Assembly (NCBI GenBank): GCA_038746285.1
Contig: JBCDKT010000011.1
Coordinates: 19,431 to 83,430, forward strand
Direction of reading: 5' to 3'
Origin: Bacteroidota bacterium
GTDB taxonomy: Bacteria; Bacteroidota; Rhodothermia; Rhodothermales; JANQRZ01
DNA: 64,000 bases
Shown here: positions 1 through 10,897 of the stretch, piece after piece
Numbering within the stretch: the first letter of the stretch is position 1
How the letters are laid out: the number at the start of each line of letters is the position of its first letter
The notes under the pieces: model-generated
Databases searched by the model: none
What the model was told of the DNA's origin: nothing
The model's input: only the letters and a program-made list of their open reading frames with translations
Made by a program: the position numbers and the translations under genes

Positions 1-2405
<2,405 letters not shown>

Positions 2406-2478
2406 GGCGGGGCGGGGTGTTGGGTGGATGGACCGGGCACCCGGAAGAAACAGGGAGACCGGGCGAGACTTCAAGCGG

Positions 2479-2487
2479 TGTGGATAA
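2479..2487 (-). promoter_or_regulatory. Perfect DnaA box (TTATCCACA on minus strand) in the dnaE / 2564-CDS divergent intergenic region
   Basis: Plus strand reads TGTGGATAA at 2479-2487, the reverse complement of the 9-mer DnaA-box consensus. It lies about 75 nt upstream of the dnaE GTG start. Confidence 0.45.
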
Positions 2488-2563
2488 CTCGCCTTCGGAC
2501 CGCGGACGACAGACCGCTGGCCCATCCACCGTCTTACCGTCTTCTGTCCACCGTCCTCTGAAC

Positions 2564-3289
2564 ATGACCCACGTTCTCTACCTCGACCGCTACCACCTCG
2601 GCGACCCGCTCTTCCTCAACGGGCTTGCGCGCGACGTGCTGGGCCTCGGCGCGCCGTGCCTGCTCGTCCACGGCGCGGGCGAGGCGGCGGAGCGGGCGCT
2701 CGAAGCGCGGGGCCAGGTAGTACGGTGGGACGACGGTGTCCTCGTCGCCGAGACGGCGGAGGACCGGACGCTCGTGGCGCGGGCGGCGCGCAACCTGAAC
2801 CGGCAGATCGCGGCCTCGCTCAACGAGGCGGGTGTGGCGGCGATTGCGCTCGAAGCGGGCGGCCGGGGGCTCGTCGTGCAGGACCAGGCGGGGGTGCGGG
2901 CCGAAAACGTGGGCTGGCTGCGCGATCTCGTGGTTCAGCGCGCCGTGCCGGTCGTGGCAGCGCTTACGGCGTCGGACGAGGCCGGCGTGCGCGAGGTGAA
3001 CGGCGGCGCCGTGGCGGGTGCCCTGGCGGCGGGGCTAGCCGACGTGGGGACCGAGGCGACCGTTACGATGCTACTCAAACAACCGCTTAGAAGCCGAGAA
3101 AACGGCGATTCGGAGCATGCGTGGATCAGCCTGGAGGAGCTTGCAGCCGGAGCCCTGCCGGAGCCGGAGGCGGTGCGCGCGGCGCTCCGTTCCGGGGCGG
3201 AGGTCGGGGTCGTCGGCCGGTCGGGACTGCGGAAGCCGCCGCTCCGAGGCACGGCGGTCAGGCTGGCAGGCTCCGAAAAATCGCCTTAA
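2564..3289 (+). CDS. Amino-acid kinase (acetylglutamate kinase-like) fold protein, apparently lacking the N-terminal KxGG motif
   Basis: I place the start at the internal ATG 2564 of ORF 2417..3289 (MTHVLYLDRY). LLVHGAGEAAERALEARG...AAIALEAGGRGLV resembles the ArgB/AAK core. The upstream part of the ORF looks like low-complexity junk. Confidence 0.5.
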   Translation: MTHVLYLDRYHLGDPLFLNGLARDVLGLGAPCLLVHGAGEAAERALEARGQVVRWDDGVLVAETAEDRTLVARAARNLNRQIAASLNEAGVAAIALEAGGRGLVVQDQAGVRAENVGWLRDLVVQRAVPVVAALTASDEAGVREVNGGAVAGALAAGLADVGTEATVTMLLKQPLRSRENGDSEHAWISLEELAAGALPEPEAVRAALRSGAEVGVVGRSGLRKPPLRGTAVRLAGSEKSP

Positions 3290-3314
3290 ATCGATCAAAA
3301 AGGCCGTATCCTCC

Positions 3315-3343
3315 TTGACACATTGCGCCGGGAGTGCTATCCT
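3315..3343 (+). promoter_or_regulatory. Sigma70-type promoter (TTGACA-N17-TATCCT) for the Hc1-like gene
   Basis: TTGACA at 3315-3320, a 17-nt spacer, then TATCCT at 3338-3343. It lies about 85 nt upstream of ATG 3426. Confidence 0.5.
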
Positions 3344-3425
3344 TTCGGCGCACCAACCCATTCCCGGGGGGCGGCCGACGACCGGCCTGCCCGTCCTTTC
3401 ACCCCAACTCAGGAGGATTCAACGC

Positions 3426-3602
3426 ATGGCTCGTTTCGACGATCTCAAGGAATACGTGGACTCGATGGAGCGCGACTTCACCCAGTTCTACGACAAGGGC
3501 AACAAGGCGGCCGGCACCCGAGTCCGCAAGGGCATGCAGGAGCTGAAGAAGATGGCCCAGGACATCCGGGTCGAGGTCCAGGACAAGAAGAGCAGCATGT
3601 AG
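3426..3602 (+). CDS. Histone H1-like nucleoid protein (Hc1 family, 58 aa)
   Basis: MARFDDLKEYVDSMERDFTQFYDKGNKAAGTRVRKGMQELKKMAQDIRVEVQDKK. The KGNKAAGTRVRK core is typical of the small Bacteroidota histone H1-like proteins. It is the in-frame internal start of ORF 3117..3602. Confidence 0.7.
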   Translation: MARFDDLKEYVDSMERDFTQFYDKGNKAAGTRVRKGMQELKKMAQDIRVEVQDKKSSM

Positions 3603-3631
3603 TGCCGCGTCCCGCGCTACACGATTTTCGA

Positions 3632-3664
3632 GGGCTGCGCCGGCTTCGGCGTAGCCCTTCTTTG
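3632..3664 (+). terminator. Putative intrinsic terminator after the Hc1-like gene
   Basis: GGGCTGCGCC-GGCTTC-GGCGTAGCCC hairpin with one mismatch, followed by TTCTTTG. Confidence 0.4.
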
Positions 3665-3705
3665 CATCGCCCCCGCGTGTCTTTCACCCTCTAGCTCACC
3701 CCGCC

Positions 3706-4620
3706 ATGCTCCGCGCTACCCCGCTCCTGATCCTCCTGGGCCTCGCTCTGCCACTCACGCCCGCCTTCGCCCAAGAGGATGAGGACGCGCCCCTCACCGA
3801 AGCCGAAGGCTGGCGCTCCAACCTGACCGGCCAACTCGCCTTCAGCCAGGCGGCCTACAGCAACTGGCAGGAGGGCGGGCTCGACGCGCTCTCCTTCACC
3901 GCCGGGACGACCGGCATCTTCGAGCGCCTCGTCGGGCGCTTCAAGCAGACCCACAGCGCCCGGCTCGCCTTCGGCGTCATCAAGCAGGACACGCTCAACT
4001 TCCGCAAGTCGAGCGACGTGATCCGCTACGCGTTCGAACTCCAGTACACCGGCACCGGCGTCTTCCAGCCCACGTTCGCCACCGACATCCGCACTCAGTT
4101 TGCGGCGGGCTTCGACTTCGACCCCGACCCCGCGCAGTACCCGGTGCTCGACAGCCTCGGCTTCTTCGTGCCCGGCGAGCGGCTCAAGGTGTCCGACTTC
4201 TTTGCCCCGGCGCTCTGGACGCAGTCGGTTGGCATCACCTACGACCCCGGCCGGTGGTACACCGCGCGGCTCGGCTTCGCGACGAAGGAGACGATCGTGC
4301 TCATCGAGCGGCTGCGGCCCGTCTACGGCAACGAACTCGACGAGTCGGTCCGCATCGAGGCCGGGCTGGAGTTCCTCGCCGAGGCGCAGCGCGAGCTGTT
4401 CTCGAACGTCTTCCTCCAGTCTCGCCTCGGCCTGTTCCAGGCGTTCAACCAGGTGGGCGATGAGGCCCCGGACCTCACCTTCGAGAACCTGCTCACGCTC
4501 AAGGTCAACGACTGGCTGAACACGAACCTGGAGTTCGTCGCGCTCTACGACCGGGACACGATCGACGAGATTCAGCTCAAGGAGGTGCTGTCGATCGGCG
4601 TGGCGATCACCTTGCTGTGA
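3706..4620 (+). CDS. DUF3078-like outer-membrane beta-barrel protein
   Basis: Signal peptide MLRATPLLILLGLALPLTPAFAQ. WRSNLTGQLAFSQAAYSNWQEGG and alternating beta-strand patterns to the C-terminus are typical of DUF3078. Confidence 0.7.
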   Translation: MLRATPLLILLGLALPLTPAFAQEDEDAPLTEAEGWRSNLTGQLAFSQAAYSNWQEGGLDALSFTAGTTGIFERLVGRFKQTHSARLAFGVIKQDTLNFRKSSDVIRYAFELQYTGTGVFQPTFATDIRTQFAAGFDFDPDPAQYPVLDSLGFFVPGERLKVSDFFAPALWTQSVGITYDPGRWYTARLGFATKETIVLIERLRPVYGNELDESVRIEAGLEFLAEAQRELFSNVFLQSRLGLFQAFNQVGDEAPDLTFENLLTLKVNDWLNTNLEFVALYDRDTIDEIQLKEVLSIGVAITLL

Positions 4621-4633
4621 CGCGGCGTGATGC

Positions 4634-6955
4634 GTGACGGAGGAGGACGGAACGATGAAGCCTGAGCCCACGCACCGCGCGTCACCGATCACGGCGAGGC
4701 CCTACCTCGTCGTCGCGGCGGTCTACGCGGCGGTTTGCCTCGCGCTCTGGCCGGTGCCGCTCCTCGGGCTGCTCCACGCCGAGTCGAGCGCCGTCGTCGC
4801 CGGGGTGGCGTTCTTCGCGTCGGGCCTGGCGGCGCTGGCACTGTTCCGGCGCGGCGACGATCTGTGGCCGGTCCTGCTCCGGCTGGAAGGACTGCTCGCG
4901 GTGCCGTGGGCACTGCTGACGGTGTCGCTTCTCTGGCGGCCGAACTGCGGCTACGCCCAGGGCTTCGGGCTTTTCCTACTCTTCGCCGTGCCGAGCGTGG
5001 CGCTTGCCGTCGCGCTCGTATTCGCGCTCGACGCGGTCGGGTGGCGGCGACGCGCGCTCTGGTTCGTGCTCGTCGGCCTCGGCGTGGCGGCCCTGCCAGT
5101 GGTGTGGGACCTCGGGCTGCACCCGCAGTTCTACACCTACAACCACGTCTGGGGCGGCGTCCTCGGCCCGATCTACGACGAAGAGCTGGCCGTCCGGCCC
5201 GGACTGTTCTGGTTTCGAGGGCTGACGCTGCTCTGGGTAGTAGCGCTCGTCCTTTTGGGACGAAGAGCGGAGGAGCGGAGGAACGGAAGAGCGGAAGACG
5301 GGCAGGTGCGAAGGGGGGGGCGTTCTTCCCCGCTTCCGCTCTTCCGCTCTTCCAAACCTGAGGCGTGGGCGCTGCTCGCCGTCGCCGTGCTCATCGGGCT
5401 GGCCTACGCCTTTTCGCCGCTGCTCGGGTTCAACACGACCGGGGAGGTGATCCGCGCGCGCCTCGGCAGCCACCTCGCCACGGAGCGGTTTGACATCTAC
5501 TACGACGCGGCGGCGATCTCGCCGGGCGAACTCCAGGTGATCGCCGATGCGCACGCTGTGCAGTACGACCGGCTCCGGCGGGCGCTCGGCGTGGAGGTGC
5601 CGGAGCGCATCGCGACCTACCTCTACCCAAACGCGCGGACGAAGGGAGCGCTGACGGGGGCAGCGCAGACGAGCGTGGCGCCGGTCTGGCTCCCGCGTCC
5701 GCAGATGCACCTCCTCGTGGGCCGCTTCGAGGCGTCGTTCGCGCACGAGTTGGTGCATGTCTTCTCGCGCGAGTTCGGCGGGATCCTACGCGCCTCGCCG
5801 GCGGTCGGGCTCGTTGAGGGGCTGGCCGTGGCGTTCGAGCCGCCGGACGGGGTGCCGTCGCCGGACGCGCAGGTGATCGCCGCCGCCCGCTACGGCGCGG
5901 GGCTGGGGGCCGAGCCTCTGGGTAGGGCCCTCGCGTCGCGGCTCTCGCCGCTCGGCTTCTGGACCGGGCGTGGGGCGGTGTCCTACACCACCACCGGCTC
6001 GTTCGTCGCCGACCTCTACCGGCGCTACGGGGCCGATCCGCTCCGGCAGGTCTACGCCTCGGGCGACTTCGAGCGGGTCTACGGCCTCCCGCTCGACACG
6101 CTCGCCGCCCGGTGGGCGGCCCGGCTCGATACGCTCCCGGACGATCCCGAAGCGACGGCTCTCGTCGCGCGCCGCTTCACGAGGCCCTCGCTCTTCGAGC
6201 GGCGCTGCCCGCACTGGGTCGAGCCGTGGCTCCGGGCCTACCGGGCGGGCGCGTCGGCTCTCGCCGCGGGCGAGGTCGACGAGGCCCTGCAGCAGTTCGA
6301 GCAGTCCATCGAGGTCGATCCGGCGCAGCCGTGGCCGCTCGCGGCCTGGGGCCGGGTGCTGCTCGCGCGCGGCGAGACCGACCGCGTGACGGAGCGCCTC
6401 GGTGCGGCCGTGGCGGCGGCCGACACGCTGGCGTCCCCGCTCTTGCTCAGCCGGCTCGGCGACGCCTACCGGCTGGCCGGAAGCAGGGCCGAGGCCAATG
6501 CGGTCTACCGGCGGGCCTGGGACGAGACGCCGGTCTACCGGCGCGAAGCGCGGGCGCGGCTCCGGCTGCGCCGCGACCTCTCGGCCGACGCGCTGCGAAC
6601 CCTGCTCACGCTCGACCCGTCCGGCGTTCGCGCCGAGCGCCTTGCCGAGCAGGCCGCGCCGGCGGCGAAGCTGATGGCCGGACTGCTCTGGGCCGACGCG
6701 CGCGACTACGCTGCCGCGCAAACGATCCTGAACGATGCCGAGTTGTCGGACGTGGAGCCGGAGCGCCTGGCCTGGGCCGGCCGGTTCGCCCACGCCGCCG
6801 GCGACCGGCTCGCAGCCGCTGCCCTCGCCGGAGAGGCCGCGAGCGCCTACGACGCGCTTGGAGCTGTCCACGCCGCCGCTCGGCAGCGCGACTATGCCGA
6901 CGCGCTGTGGTGGCTCCTACTGCGCGAGGACCCTGTGCTGTCCGCTCCTGGTTGA
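4634..6955 (+). CDS. Polytopic membrane protein with HExxH metallopeptidase-like domain and C-terminal TPR-like helical repeats
   Basis: The N-terminal ~200 aa are multiple hydrophobic helices. It has FAHELVHVF (HExxH) and an Ala/Leu/Arg-rich repeat C-terminus. It contains an in-frame repeat-element insertion at 5262-5353. Confidence 0.6.
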   Translation: MTEEDGTMKPEPTHRASPITARPYLVVAAVYAAVCLALWPVPLLGLLHAESSAVVAGVAFFASGLAALALFRRGDDLWPVLLRLEGLLAVPWALLTVSLLWRPNCGYAQGFGLFLLFAVPSVALAVALVFALDAVGWRRRALWFVLVGLGVAALPVVWDLGLHPQFYTYNHVWGGVLGPIYDEELAVRPGLFWFRGLTLLWVVALVLLGRRAEERRNGRAEDGQVRRGGRSSPLPLFRSSKPEAWALLAVAVLIGLAYAFSPLLGFNTTGEVIRARLGSHLATERFDIYYDAAAISPGELQVIADAHAVQYDRLRRALGVEVPERIATYLYPNARTKGALTGAAQTSVAPVWLPRPQMHLLVGRFEASFAHELVHVFSREFGGILRASPAVGLVEGLAVAFEPPDGVPSPDAQVIAAARYGAGLGAEPLGRALASRLSPLGFWTGRGAVSYTTTGSFVADLYRRYGADPLRQVYASGDFERVYGLPLDTLAARWAARLDTLPDDPEATALVARRFTRPSLFERRCPHWVEPWLRAYRAGASALAAGEVDEALQQFEQSIEVDPAQPWPLAAWGRVLLARGETDRVTERLGAAVAAADTLASPLLLSRLGDAYRLAGSRAEANAVYRRAWDETPVYRREARARLRLRRDLSADALRTLLTLDPSGVRAERLAEQAAPAAKLMAGLLWADARDYAAAQTILNDAELSDVEPERLAWAGRFAHAAGDRLAAAALAGEAASAYDALGAVHAAARQRDYADALWWLLLREDPVLSAPG
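5262..5353. repeat. Purine/pyrimidine inverted-repeat (hairpin) element, copy inside a CDS
   Basis: Left arm is GAAGAGCGGAGGAGCGGAGGAACGGAAGAGCGGAAGACG. Right arm is CGTTCTTCCCCGCTTCCGCTCTTCCGCTCTTCC. The 21-mer CTTCCGCTCTTCCGCTCTTCC (5333-5353) is identical to 10871-10891. Confidence 0.65.
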
Positions 6956-7049
6956 ACCCCGCGCCGGGCGACGCGGAAAAGGCTTGCCTTCTGCTCGCAA
7001 GGGCGGCATATTCGGGCCGTCCGCCTGCCACGTTTACCTCCCGCCTCCG

Positions 7050-8348
7050 ATGTCCCGATTCAACGCCGCTTGCTGGGTTCTGCTGCCCCTCTTCGCCCTC
7101 GCCGGGTGCGCGACCCTGGAAGAGGGACAGGACAACGGCGGGAGCACGTCGGCGGCGGGCACTGGCTACGCGACCTCGCGCACCGACGCCGCGATCAGCA
7201 CGGTGCAGCTCTACCGGACGGGAAACGAAAGCTCGCTGCCCGTCCTCCCCCTGGGCTCGGGCGAGACGCTCACGCTGGAGTTCGACCTCCTCGAGGACTT
7301 CGGTAAGCCGCTCAGCGTCTACTTCTACCACGCCGACCGCAACTGGCAGCGCAGCCTGCTCCCGGTCGAGTACCTCCGCACCTTCACCAGCGACGACCTG
7401 CGCGACTACGAGCCCTCGCTCGGGACCGAGGTCCGCTACACGCACTACACCTACCAATTCCCGAACGCCAACATCGGGTTCCTGCGCAGCGGCAACTACG
7501 TCCTCCGCGTGACCGAGGTGGGGCGCGAGCGCGAGGTGCTCTTCGAGCGGGCCTTCTTCCTCACCGAGCAGGCCGCCGAGATCCAGTTCGCGATCCAGGA
7601 CGGGCTGGCCGGCGGCGTCGGCGGCGGCTTCCTCCAGCCGGTCGCCCGCATCCGTCCGCCTTCGGCCTTCGACAGCCCGATCTACGACTACAACGTCTGC
7701 TTCGCCCGCAACGGGCGGTTCGCGCTCACGCGCTGCTCAGCCGAGCCGACGCTCGCCAGCGGGTCGCTCTTCCAGTTCTTCCTTCCGCGCGAGACCGCCT
7801 TCACCCCGGAGGAGCCGCTCTACGACCTCGACCTGGCGCTCCTCCAGACCGGCCCGCAGGTCTCGACTGTGGACTTCGAGACCTCGCCCTTTACCGTCAC
7901 GCTCGACCTGGACTACGCCCGCTTCGGCAGCGACCTCTTCGAGCGCGACCTGACGGGGCAGAGTCTCGTCTCGTCGGTGGTGGAGGACGCCGCCGGCCCG
8001 GCCGACACCGGGTCGGAGTACGTCGAGGTGCTCTTCCGCTACGTCCCGCAGGACGAGCAGCAGCTTGCTGGTCCGGTGATCCTCACGGGCAGCTTCAACA
8101 ACTGGGTGATCGACCCCGAGCGCGAGCTTGTGTGGAACGCCGAGGAGCGGTGGTACGAGGGCCGCCTGCTCGTCAAGCAGGGGCAGTACGTCTACAAGTA
8201 CGTCACCGACGACCCCGGCGAGCGCGAGCGCATCCGGCGGACGGTCGGCTTCGGGCAGCCGAACCTGTACACGGCCTTCGTCTACGTCTACGACCCGTCG
8301 TTCGACACCGACCGTCTCCTCGCCGTCAGCAACGCCCTCGGGCAGTGA
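7050..8348 (+). CDS. DUF5103 / type IX secretion plug-like lipoprotein with C-terminal CBM48-like beta-sandwich
   Basis: Lipobox LFALAGC after MSRFNAACWVLLP. YFYHADRNWQRSLLPVEYL...YTHYTYQFPN...SGNYVLRV matches the DUF5103 pattern as I remember it. I chose the internal start of ORF 6735..8348. Confidence 0.6.
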   Translation: MSRFNAACWVLLPLFALAGCATLEEGQDNGGSTSAAGTGYATSRTDAAISTVQLYRTGNESSLPVLPLGSGETLTLEFDLLEDFGKPLSVYFYHADRNWQRSLLPVEYLRTFTSDDLRDYEPSLGTEVRYTHYTYQFPNANIGFLRSGNYVLRVTEVGREREVLFERAFFLTEQAAEIQFAIQDGLAGGVGGGFLQPVARIRPPSAFDSPIYDYNVCFARNGRFALTRCSAEPTLASGSLFQFFLPRETAFTPEEPLYDLDLALLQTGPQVSTVDFETSPFTVTLDLDYARFGSDLFERDLTGQSLVSSVVEDAAGPADTGSEYVEVLFRYVPQDEQQLAGPVILTGSFNNWVIDPERELVWNAEERWYEGRLLVKQGQYVYKYVTDDPGERERIRRTVGFGQPNLYTAFVYVYDPSFDTDRLLAVSNALGQ

Positions 8349-8428
8349 AGAGAGTGGGCAGTGAAGAGAGTGGGAGTGTGGGAGTGTGGGAGTGTGGGAG
8401 TGTGGGAGTGTGGGAGTGTGGGAGTGTC
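8342..8428. repeat. Tandem repeats: 16-mer GCAGTGAAGAGAGTGG x2 followed by 8-mer GAGTGTGG x~7
   Basis: Read directly from the sequence. It begins at the stop codon (8346-8348) of the upstream CDS. Confidence 0.9.
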
Positions 8429-8479
8429 AAATAAAACCGCGAAAGTTAACGAGACCGTCTGCACGGAGCGTCTACCTTT

Positions 8480-8516
8480 CCGTCCTCCGTCCTCCGTCCT
8501 CCGTCCTCCGTCCTCC
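8480..8516. repeat. Tandem 7-mer CCGTCCT x5 immediately upstream of the flavodoxin start
   Basis: Read directly from the sequence. It ends at the GTG start at 8517. Confidence 0.9.
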
Positions 8517-8990
8517 GTGTCACCTATTCTCATCCTGATCGGCACCCAGACGGGCAACTCCGAGCGCGTGGCCGACGACGTGGCCGAGGCGCTCGGCGAG
8601 GCCGGGCACACGTCGCTGCTGGTGGACATGGCGGATGCCGTACCGGAGATGCTGGCGGAGCACGACCGCCTGATCGTCGTGCTCTGCACCTGGGCCGAGG
8701 GCACCTTCCCCGACAACACGGTCGAGTTCTACGACTCGCTCGTCGCGCTCGCTCCCGATCTGTCGCACCTCGCCTACGGAACGATCGGCCTCGGCGACCA
8801 CCTCTACGACCCGTACTTCCTGACGGCGTCCTACCGCCTCGAAGACCGCCTCGACCGGCTCGGGGCGACGCGGGCCGCGCCGATCTTCGAGATCAACGGG
8901 GGGCCCTCGGTGGAGGACCTCGACGGCGCGCAGGCGTGGGCGCTCCGCTGCGCTGAGGCCTTCGAGCGGGTCCGCACTGAGGCGGGCTAA
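8517..8990 (+). CDS. Flavodoxin-domain protein
   Basis: ILILIGTQTGNSERVADDVAE...VVLCTWAEGTFPDN...IGLGD is the classic flavodoxin FMN-binding pattern. The only in-frame start after the repeats is GTG 8517. The upstream part of ORF 8361..8990 merely translates the tandem repeats. Confidence 0.7.
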   Translation: MSPILILIGTQTGNSERVADDVAEALGEAGHTSLLVDMADAVPEMLAEHDRLIVVLCTWAEGTFPDNTVEFYDSLVALAPDLSHLAYGTIGLGDHLYDPYFLTASYRLEDRLDRLGATRAAPIFEINGGPSVEDLDGAQAWALRCAEAFERVRTEAG

Positions 8991-9116
8991 CCCTGCTAGG
9001 GGCGAACTAACCGCCTAAGAGGAACAGGGCCGGCGGGAGGCTGTTGCAACGAGTGCTCTTCTCTCGCAGCATGTCTCCTCTCTTCTGAACACGGCCCGCC
9101 GCAGGCGTCAGCAGCC

Positions 9117-10217
9117 ATGCGCCTCACCGACTTCGACCTCTCCGGCTCGCGGTTCCGCACGGACGAAGAAGCCCACGTCGCCCTTCGCCACGCCTGCGCC
9201 ACGAACCCTGACCTGGCGCACTTCCACGACCTCGGCACGAGCGAAGAGGGACGCCCGATCTGCGGCGTAACCCTCGGAAACGGACCCGAGACGGTCAGCC
9301 TCGTCGCCGGGGCCCACGCCGACGAGCCCGTCGGGCCGGAGACGCTCAGGACCTTCGTCCTCGGCGCGCTCGCCCACCGCGACTGGCTCGCCGAGGACGG
9401 CGGCTTCCGCGAACTCCTGGAGCGCTTCACGTTCCGCGTCATTCCCCAGGTCAACCCCGACGCCGAGCTCCGCAACCGCTCGTGGATCGACGCGTGGCCC
9501 GACGTCGAGTCCTACCTCCGGCACCGCGCGCGCGAGCAGCCGGGGCGCGACCTCGAGTTCGGCTTCCCGGTGATGCGCCGCGAGAACCGCATCGCCTCCC
9601 GCTTCCTGTTCGACTTCACGCCGCTCTGCCTCCACATGAGCCTCCACGGGATGGGCTTCTCCGAGGGCGCGATGCTGCTTATCGAGCGCGGCTGGGTGGA
9701 CCACACCGAGGTCCTGCGCGAGGCGTTCGTCACGTCGGCCGCCGAGGCGGGCCTCGGGCTCCACGACCACGACCGCGGCGGCGAGAAGGGGTTCGACTAC
9801 GTGGACCCCGGCTTCTCGACGACCCCCCAGGGCGATGCGATGCGCGCCTACTTCCAGGCGCAGGGCGACGTCGAGATGGCGCGCAAGTTCTTCTTCTCCT
9901 CGATGGAGCTGGCCCGGGTCGCGGGCTACGACGCCGAGCGGCAGCGCTACCCGCTGTGCCTCGTCACCGAGCTTCCGCTCTTCGTGATCGAGCGCCCGTA
10001 CGAGCACGAGCCGGGCGTGCCCTCGGCCTACCTCGCCTTCCGCGACGAACTGCCTGAGCTTCAGCTTCGCCTGAGGCGCGGCGAGTCCGTCGGCGAGACG
10101 CTGGAGCCGTACGGTCTGCGCCCGCTCGACCTCGAGACCGCCGTCCGCCTCCAGCTCCGCTGCATCGAACTTGGCCTCAAGTGCGCCCTGAAGTCGAGCG
10201 ACGGCGAGACGTGCTGA
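9117..10217 (+). CDS. M14-family zinc carboxypeptidase-like protein (cytosolic)
   Basis: GRPICGVTLGNGPETVSLVAGAHADEPVG (HxxE zinc motif) and FRVIPQVNPD. There is no signal peptide. Confidence 0.55.
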   Translation: MRLTDFDLSGSRFRTDEEAHVALRHACATNPDLAHFHDLGTSEEGRPICGVTLGNGPETVSLVAGAHADEPVGPETLRTFVLGALAHRDWLAEDGGFRELLERFTFRVIPQVNPDAELRNRSWIDAWPDVESYLRHRAREQPGRDLEFGFPVMRRENRIASRFLFDFTPLCLHMSLHGMGFSEGAMLLIERGWVDHTEVLREAFVTSAAEAGLGLHDHDRGGEKGFDYVDPGFSTTPQGDAMRAYFQAQGDVEMARKFFFSSMELARVAGYDAERQRYPLCLVTELPLFVIERPYEHEPGVPSAYLAFRDELPELQLRLRRGESVGETLEPYGLRPLDLETAVRLQLRCIELGLKCALKSSDGETC

Positions 10218-10221
10218 CCGC

Positions 10222-10764
10222 TCAGGCGAAGAGGAGCCGGACGACCCACACCGCGACGAGCATCGCAGCAAAGTCGGCGATCAGCCCGGCGGGTACGGCG
10301 TGGCGGGTCTTCTTGATGTTCACCGCGCCGAAGTAGACCGCGATCACGTAGAACGTCGTCTCGGTCGAGCCGAACATCGTCGCGGCCATCTTGACGTAGA
10401 TCGAGTCCTCGCCGAAGGTGTTGATCATGTCCACCACGATCCCCGCTGATCCCGAGCCGGTCAGCGGGCGGACAATGGCCATCGGCAGCACTTCGGCCGG
10501 GAAGCCGACGAGCGCGAGGACCGGCCGGAGGAGGTCGGTCAGAAATTCCATCGCGCCGCTCGCGCGGAACATCCCAATGGCGAACAGGATCGCGACGAGG
10601 TACGGGATGATCCGCACGGCGACCTCGAACCCCTCCTTCGCGCCCTCGACGAAGCTCTCGTAGACTGGCACTTTTTTGTACAGCCCGTAGAGCGGGAAGC
10701 CGACGACGATGACCGGGATGACGAAGTAGGAGAGGAGGCTGATCGTTTCACGAAGTGCTTCCAT
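10222..10764 (-). CDS. Nucleoside-recognition (Gate) domain membrane protein, SpmB-like
   Basis: 180 aa with IPVIVVGFPLYGL...RPLTGSGSAGIV...TETTFYVIAVYFGAV, typical of SpmB. Confidence 0.8.
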   Translation of the reverse strand: MEALRETISLLSYFVIPVIVVGFPLYGLYKKVPVYESFVEGAKEGFEVAVRIIPYLVAILFAIGMFRASGAMEFLTDLLRPVLALVGFPAEVLPMAIVRPLTGSGSAGIVVDMINTFGEDSIYVKMAATMFGSTETTFYVIAVYFGAVNIKKTRHAVPAGLIADFAAMLVAVWVVRLLFA

Positions 10765-10774
10765 TGTTCAGCGG

Positions 10775-10897
10775 TCAGAAGGCAGAAGGCAGAGGGCAGA
10801 AGACAGAGGACGGAAGACAGAGGGCGGAAGGCGGTGAGGGGTGAGGCGAAGTCAGAGATCGGAGTCTTCTCTTCCGCTCTTCCGCTCTTCCGCTCTT
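10775..10897. repeat. Purine-rich tract followed by (CTTCCGCT)x3 pyrimidine tract, same family as 5262-5353
   Basis: GGCAGAAGGCAGAGGGCAGAAGACAGAGGACGGAAGACAGAGGGCGGAAGG ... CTTCCGCTCTTCCGCTCTTCCGCTCTT. It overlaps the 3' end of the spmA-like CDS, giving the tail ...RAEERKSGREDSDL. Confidence 0.7.

Noticed and set aside
8342-8516. Possible CRISPR array, considered because of the short direct repeats. The same question applies to 47766-47833 and 10775-10897.
   Set aside because: The repeats are head-to-tail micro- or minisatellites of 7-17 bp with no unique spacers, and there are no cas genes in the window.
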